Source: Lysobacteraceae bacterium (GTDB lineage: Bacteria > Pseudomonadota > Gammaproteobacteria > Xanthomonadales > Xanthomonadaceae). Taken from it: a stretch of 64,000 bases of DNA. The translations under genes and the position numbers were made by a program. Below the pieces are notes generated by a model, which did not search any database, was not told the origin of the DNA, and was given only the letters and a program-made list of their open reading frames with translations. Below, one piece after another: positions 61,328 through 64,000 of this stretch. The number at the start of each line of letters is the position of its first letter. Positions within the stretch are counted from its first letter, which is position 1. Location of the stretch: assembly GCA_016789405.1 (NCBI GenBank), contig JAEUPQ010000034.1, positions 1-64,000 of the forward strand, read 5' to 3'.

Positions 61328-64000
61328 ATGCGATTGCGCGAACGTCTCGAATTTGCCGAGAGCGATACCCTGCTGCGCGACGATGTCCGTCGCCTCGGCG
61401 CCATGGTCGGCCAGATGCTGGCCGAACAGGTCTCACCCGAGTTCCTCCAGCAGGTCGAAACCCTCCGCCGCGCCGCGATCGCGCGTCGCGAGCAGGGGGA
61501 AACCATCGATGACCTGGCGGCACGCCTGACGGATGTGCCGTCGGACGATGCCGACGCACTGGTCCGGGCCTTCACCGCGTATTTCAACGTCGTCAATCTC
61601 GCCGAGCGCGTGCATCGCATCCGCCGGCGCCGCGATTACCAGCGCAAGACCGACGCGCCGCAGCCGGGCGGCTTCACCGCCGTGCTGCGCACGCTGCGCG
61701 ACGACGGCGTCACCCTCGACGACCTGTGCGGCCTGCTGTCGCGCCTGCGCGTCGAGCCGGTATTCACCGCGCATCCCACCGAAGCGATCCGCCGCGCGCT
61801 GCTGCTGAAGGAGCGCACGATCACCGAGCGCCTGATCGCGGACATCGACCGCCAGCGCACGCCCGCCGAGCGTGGCGCAGACACCGCGCGCATCCGCCAG
61901 GCGCTCACTGCAGCCTGGCAGACGGCCGATGCGCCGTCGCAGCGCCCGAAGGTCTCGGACGAGGTCGAGCACATCGGCTACTACCTCGGCAACGTGCTCT
62001 ACCGGGTGCTGCCGGTGTACTACGAAGCCTTCGCCGATGCGGTGCAGGCCGTGTACGGCGAATCGCTGGAACTGCCGACGTTGCTGCGCTTCGGCACATG
62101 GGTCGGCGGCGACATGGACGGCAATCCGAAGGTCGGCGCGGACACCATTCGCGCCGCGCTCACCGCACAGCGTTCGCAGGCGCTGAACAGCTATCGCCAC
62201 GACCTGCAGGCGCTCGCCGAAACCCTGACCCAGAGCCGCGACCGCGTGCGCGCCGACGACACCGTCGAGCAACGGATCGCCGAGTACACCGCGCTGCTGC
62301 CGGCGGATGCGGCGAAGTTGAGCCCGCGCCTGGCCGACATGCCGTATCGCCAGCTCATCAACCTGATGCGCGCGCGCCTGTCGGCGACGCTCGCCGGCGG
62401 CCCCGGGGCCTATCCCGATGCCGATGCGCTGCTGTCCGACCTGCGCACCATCGACGCCAGCCTGCTCCACAATCGCGGCGAGCACGCTGGCCACTTCGCG
62501 CTGCAGCGCGTGCTCTGGCGCGTGAAGACCTTCGGCTTCCATCTCGCCACGCTCGACCTGCGCCAGGATTCCGGCACGCACGACGATGCCGTGTCCGCGC
62601 TGCTCGGCGACGGCGACTGGACGTCGCGACCGGTGTCGGAACGCGTCGAACGGCTGCACGCCATCATCGACGGCGCGATGCGCGTCGACCGCGAGGCCGC
62701 TGGCGCACGCAACACGCTCGACGTGTTCCGCACGGTGCATGAGGCGCGCGCGACCTTCGGCGCGCACGCGTTCGGCCCCTACATCATCAGCATGAGCCGC
62801 AGCGCCGCCGATGCGCTGGCCGTGCTGGCGCTGGCGCGGACCGCGGACTGCCTCGAGGACGGCGAGGTGCCGCTCGATGTCGCGCCGCTGTTCGAGACCA
62901 TCGACGACCTGCGCGCGGCGCCCGACATCATGCGCGCCCTGTTCGACGATCCCGCCTACCGCCGGCACCTGAAGGCCCGCGGCGAACGGCAGATCGTGAT
63001 GCTCGGCTATTCCGACAGCGCGAAGGACGGCGGCATCCTCGCCTCGCGCTGGTCGCTGCAGCGAACGCAGGTCGAGCTGCTGGAACTGTCGCAGCAGGCC
63101 GGCGTGCGCATCGTGTTCTTCCATGGTCGCGGCGGCTCGGTCAGCCGCGGCGGCGGCAAGACCGAGCGCGCGGTCATCGCCGCGCCGCGCGGCACCGTCG
63201 ACGGCGTGCTGCGCGTGACCGAGCAGGGCGAGGTCATCCATCGCAAGTACGCGATCCGCGCACTGGCGATGCGCAACCTCGAACAGACCACGGGCGCCGT
63301 GCTGCGCGCCAGCCTGCGTCCGCGCCCGCCCGAGCCGCGCGAGATCCGCTGGCGCGACCTCGCGGCCACGCTCGCGCAGCGTTCGCGTTCGCATTACCGG
63401 GCGCTGGTGCACGAGCATCCGGAATTCCCCGCGTACTTCCGCGCGGCAACGCCGATCGACGTGATCGAACAATTGCGCCTGGGTTCGCGTCCGTCGAAGC
63501 GGCGCGAAGGCGGCATCGAAGCGCTGCGCGCGATTCCGTGGGTCTTCGCCTGGTCGCAGAACCGCTCCGGCCTGACTGGCTGGTACGGCGTGGGCACCGC
63601 CCTGTCCAGCGCGATCGCCGAAGTGGGCCACGACACCGTCGCCGGCATGGCGCGCGACTGGCCGTTCTTCGCGGCCATGCTCGACGACATCGAAATGCTG
63701 CTGGCGAAGTCCGACATCGACATCTTCGAACGCTACTCGCGCCTCGCCGGCCCTCTGCACGACACGTTCTTCCCCGGCATCGCCGAGGAGTTCGCGCGGA
63801 CCTGCGACACGATCCTCGCGCTGCGCGACCGCGGCACGCTGCTGCAGGACGACTACAGGCTTCGCCTGTCGATCCGCCTGCGCAATCCCTATGTCGACCC
63901 GATCAGCCTGCTTCAGGTGGAACTGCTGCAGCGCTGGCGTGCGACCGACCGCAACGACGACGCGCTGCTGCAGGCGCTGGTCACGACGGTGAACGGCATT
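61328..64000 (+). CDS. ppc: phosphoenolpyruvate carboxylase, 5' part (about 890 codons; 3' end beyond the window)
   Basis: Not in the ORF track because there is no stop within the window. By-eye translation from ATG MRLRERLEFAESDTLLRDDV runs in frame to position 64000. Contains VFTAHPTE, FGTWVGGDMDGNP, GYSDSAKDGG and FHGRGGSVSRGGG, the hallmark PEPC motifs. Start coordinate hand-indexed, plus or minus 1 nt. Confidence 0.85.
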   Translation, partial: MRLRERLEFAESDTLLRDDVRRLGAMVGQMLAEQVSPEFLQQVETLRRAAIARREQGETIDDLAARLTDVPSDDADALVRAFTAYFNVVNLAERVHRIRRRRDYQRKTDAPQPGGFTAVLRTLRDDGVTLDDLCGLLSRLRVEPVFTAHPTEAIRRALLLKERTITERLIADIDRQRTPAERGADTARIRQALTAAWQTADAPSQRPKVSDEVEHIGYYLGNVLYRVLPVYYEAFADAVQAVYGESLELPTLLRFGTWVGGDMDGNPKVGADTIRAALTAQRSQALNSYRHDLQALAETLTQSRDRVRADDTVEQRIAEYTALLPADAAKLSPRLADMPYRQLINLMRARLSATLAGGPGAYPDADALLSDLRTIDASLLHNRGEHAGHFALQRVLWRVKTFGFHLATLDLRQDSGTHDDAVSALLGDGDWTSRPVSERVERLHAIIDGAMRVDREAAGARNTLDVFRTVHEARATFGAHAFGPYIISMSRSAADALAVLALARTADCLEDGEVPLDVAPLFETIDDLRAAPDIMRALFDDPAYRRHLKARGERQIVMLGYSDSAKDGGILASRWSLQRTQVELLELSQQAGVRIVFFHGRGGSVSRGGGKTERAVIAAPRGTVDGVLRVTEQGEVIHRKYAIRALAMRNLEQTTGAVLRASLRPRPPEPREIRWRDLAATLAQRSRSHYRALVHEHPEFPAYFRAATPIDVIEQLRLGSRPSKRREGGIEALRAIPWVFAWSQNRSGLTGWYGVGTALSSAIAEVGHDTVAGMARDWPFFAAMLDDIEMLLAKSDIDIFERYSRLAGPLHDTFFPGIAEEFARTCDTILALRDRGTLLQDDYRLRLSIRLRNPYVDPISLLQVELLQRWRATDRNDDALLQALVTTVNGI

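Overview
This 64-kb window is high-GC (roughly 68-70% GC) and reads as a chromosomal segment of a Xanthomonadales-type gammaproteobacterium. Three things support that placement. One is olefin-biosynthesis homologs (OleA/OleB/OleC-like). A second is a tandem dsbA pair next to cytochrome c4 and engB. The third is a secreted protein whose C-terminus looks like an XVIPCD (the GLxRIDHV and FAVQG motifs followed by a Gln-rich tail), as found in Xanthomonadaceae T4SS antibacterial effectors. I support about 55 protein genes. Easily recognised housekeeping and accessory loci include: kdpFABC-kdpDE; copA-cueR with a divergent copZ; hemN; dsbA x2; cytochrome c4; engB; trmL; plant-type gshA; the 5' part of ppc; an M16 peptidase; an S8 peptidase; two ABC transporters; a GGDEF protein. 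I found no rRNA, tRNA or CRISPR.

The most unusual region is an 11-kb co-directional gene block on the minus strand, about 3.4-14.5 kb. It is wedged between the OleA-like thiolase gene and the OleB/OleC-like genes. It encodes, in order: a YjfI(DUF2170)-like protein; a PspA/IM30 (ESCRT-III-like) protein; a YqiJ/NfeD-like membrane protein; a 662-aa flotillin/SPFH protein; a lipoprotein; a 1779-aa giant protein (N-terminal beta-rich region, about 600 aa of coiled coil, one AAA+ ATPase module); a single-HKD phospholipase-D-family protein that overlaps the giant gene's stop by GTGA. I could not place the giant protein in any named family, and the combination as a whole looks undescribed. A membrane-remodelling or repair module, or a membrane-associated defence system, are the two readings I would test.

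Other items worth a second look:
- An IS-like element with odd duplicated terminal repeats that carries a HUH/RAYT-like gene, followed by a low-GC islet.
- MerR-type operator dyads in the copA/copZ divergent promoter.
- A perfect 14-bp palindrome in front of an ABC transporter.
- A 750-bp palindrome-rich intergenic region beside the S8 protease.

The ORF track contains many long antisense ORFs opposite real genes; these are high-GC artefacts and I rejected them. Gene coordinates come from the ORF track, with starts adjusted by in-frame codon counting. Coordinates of short motifs found by eye may be off by 1-2 nt.
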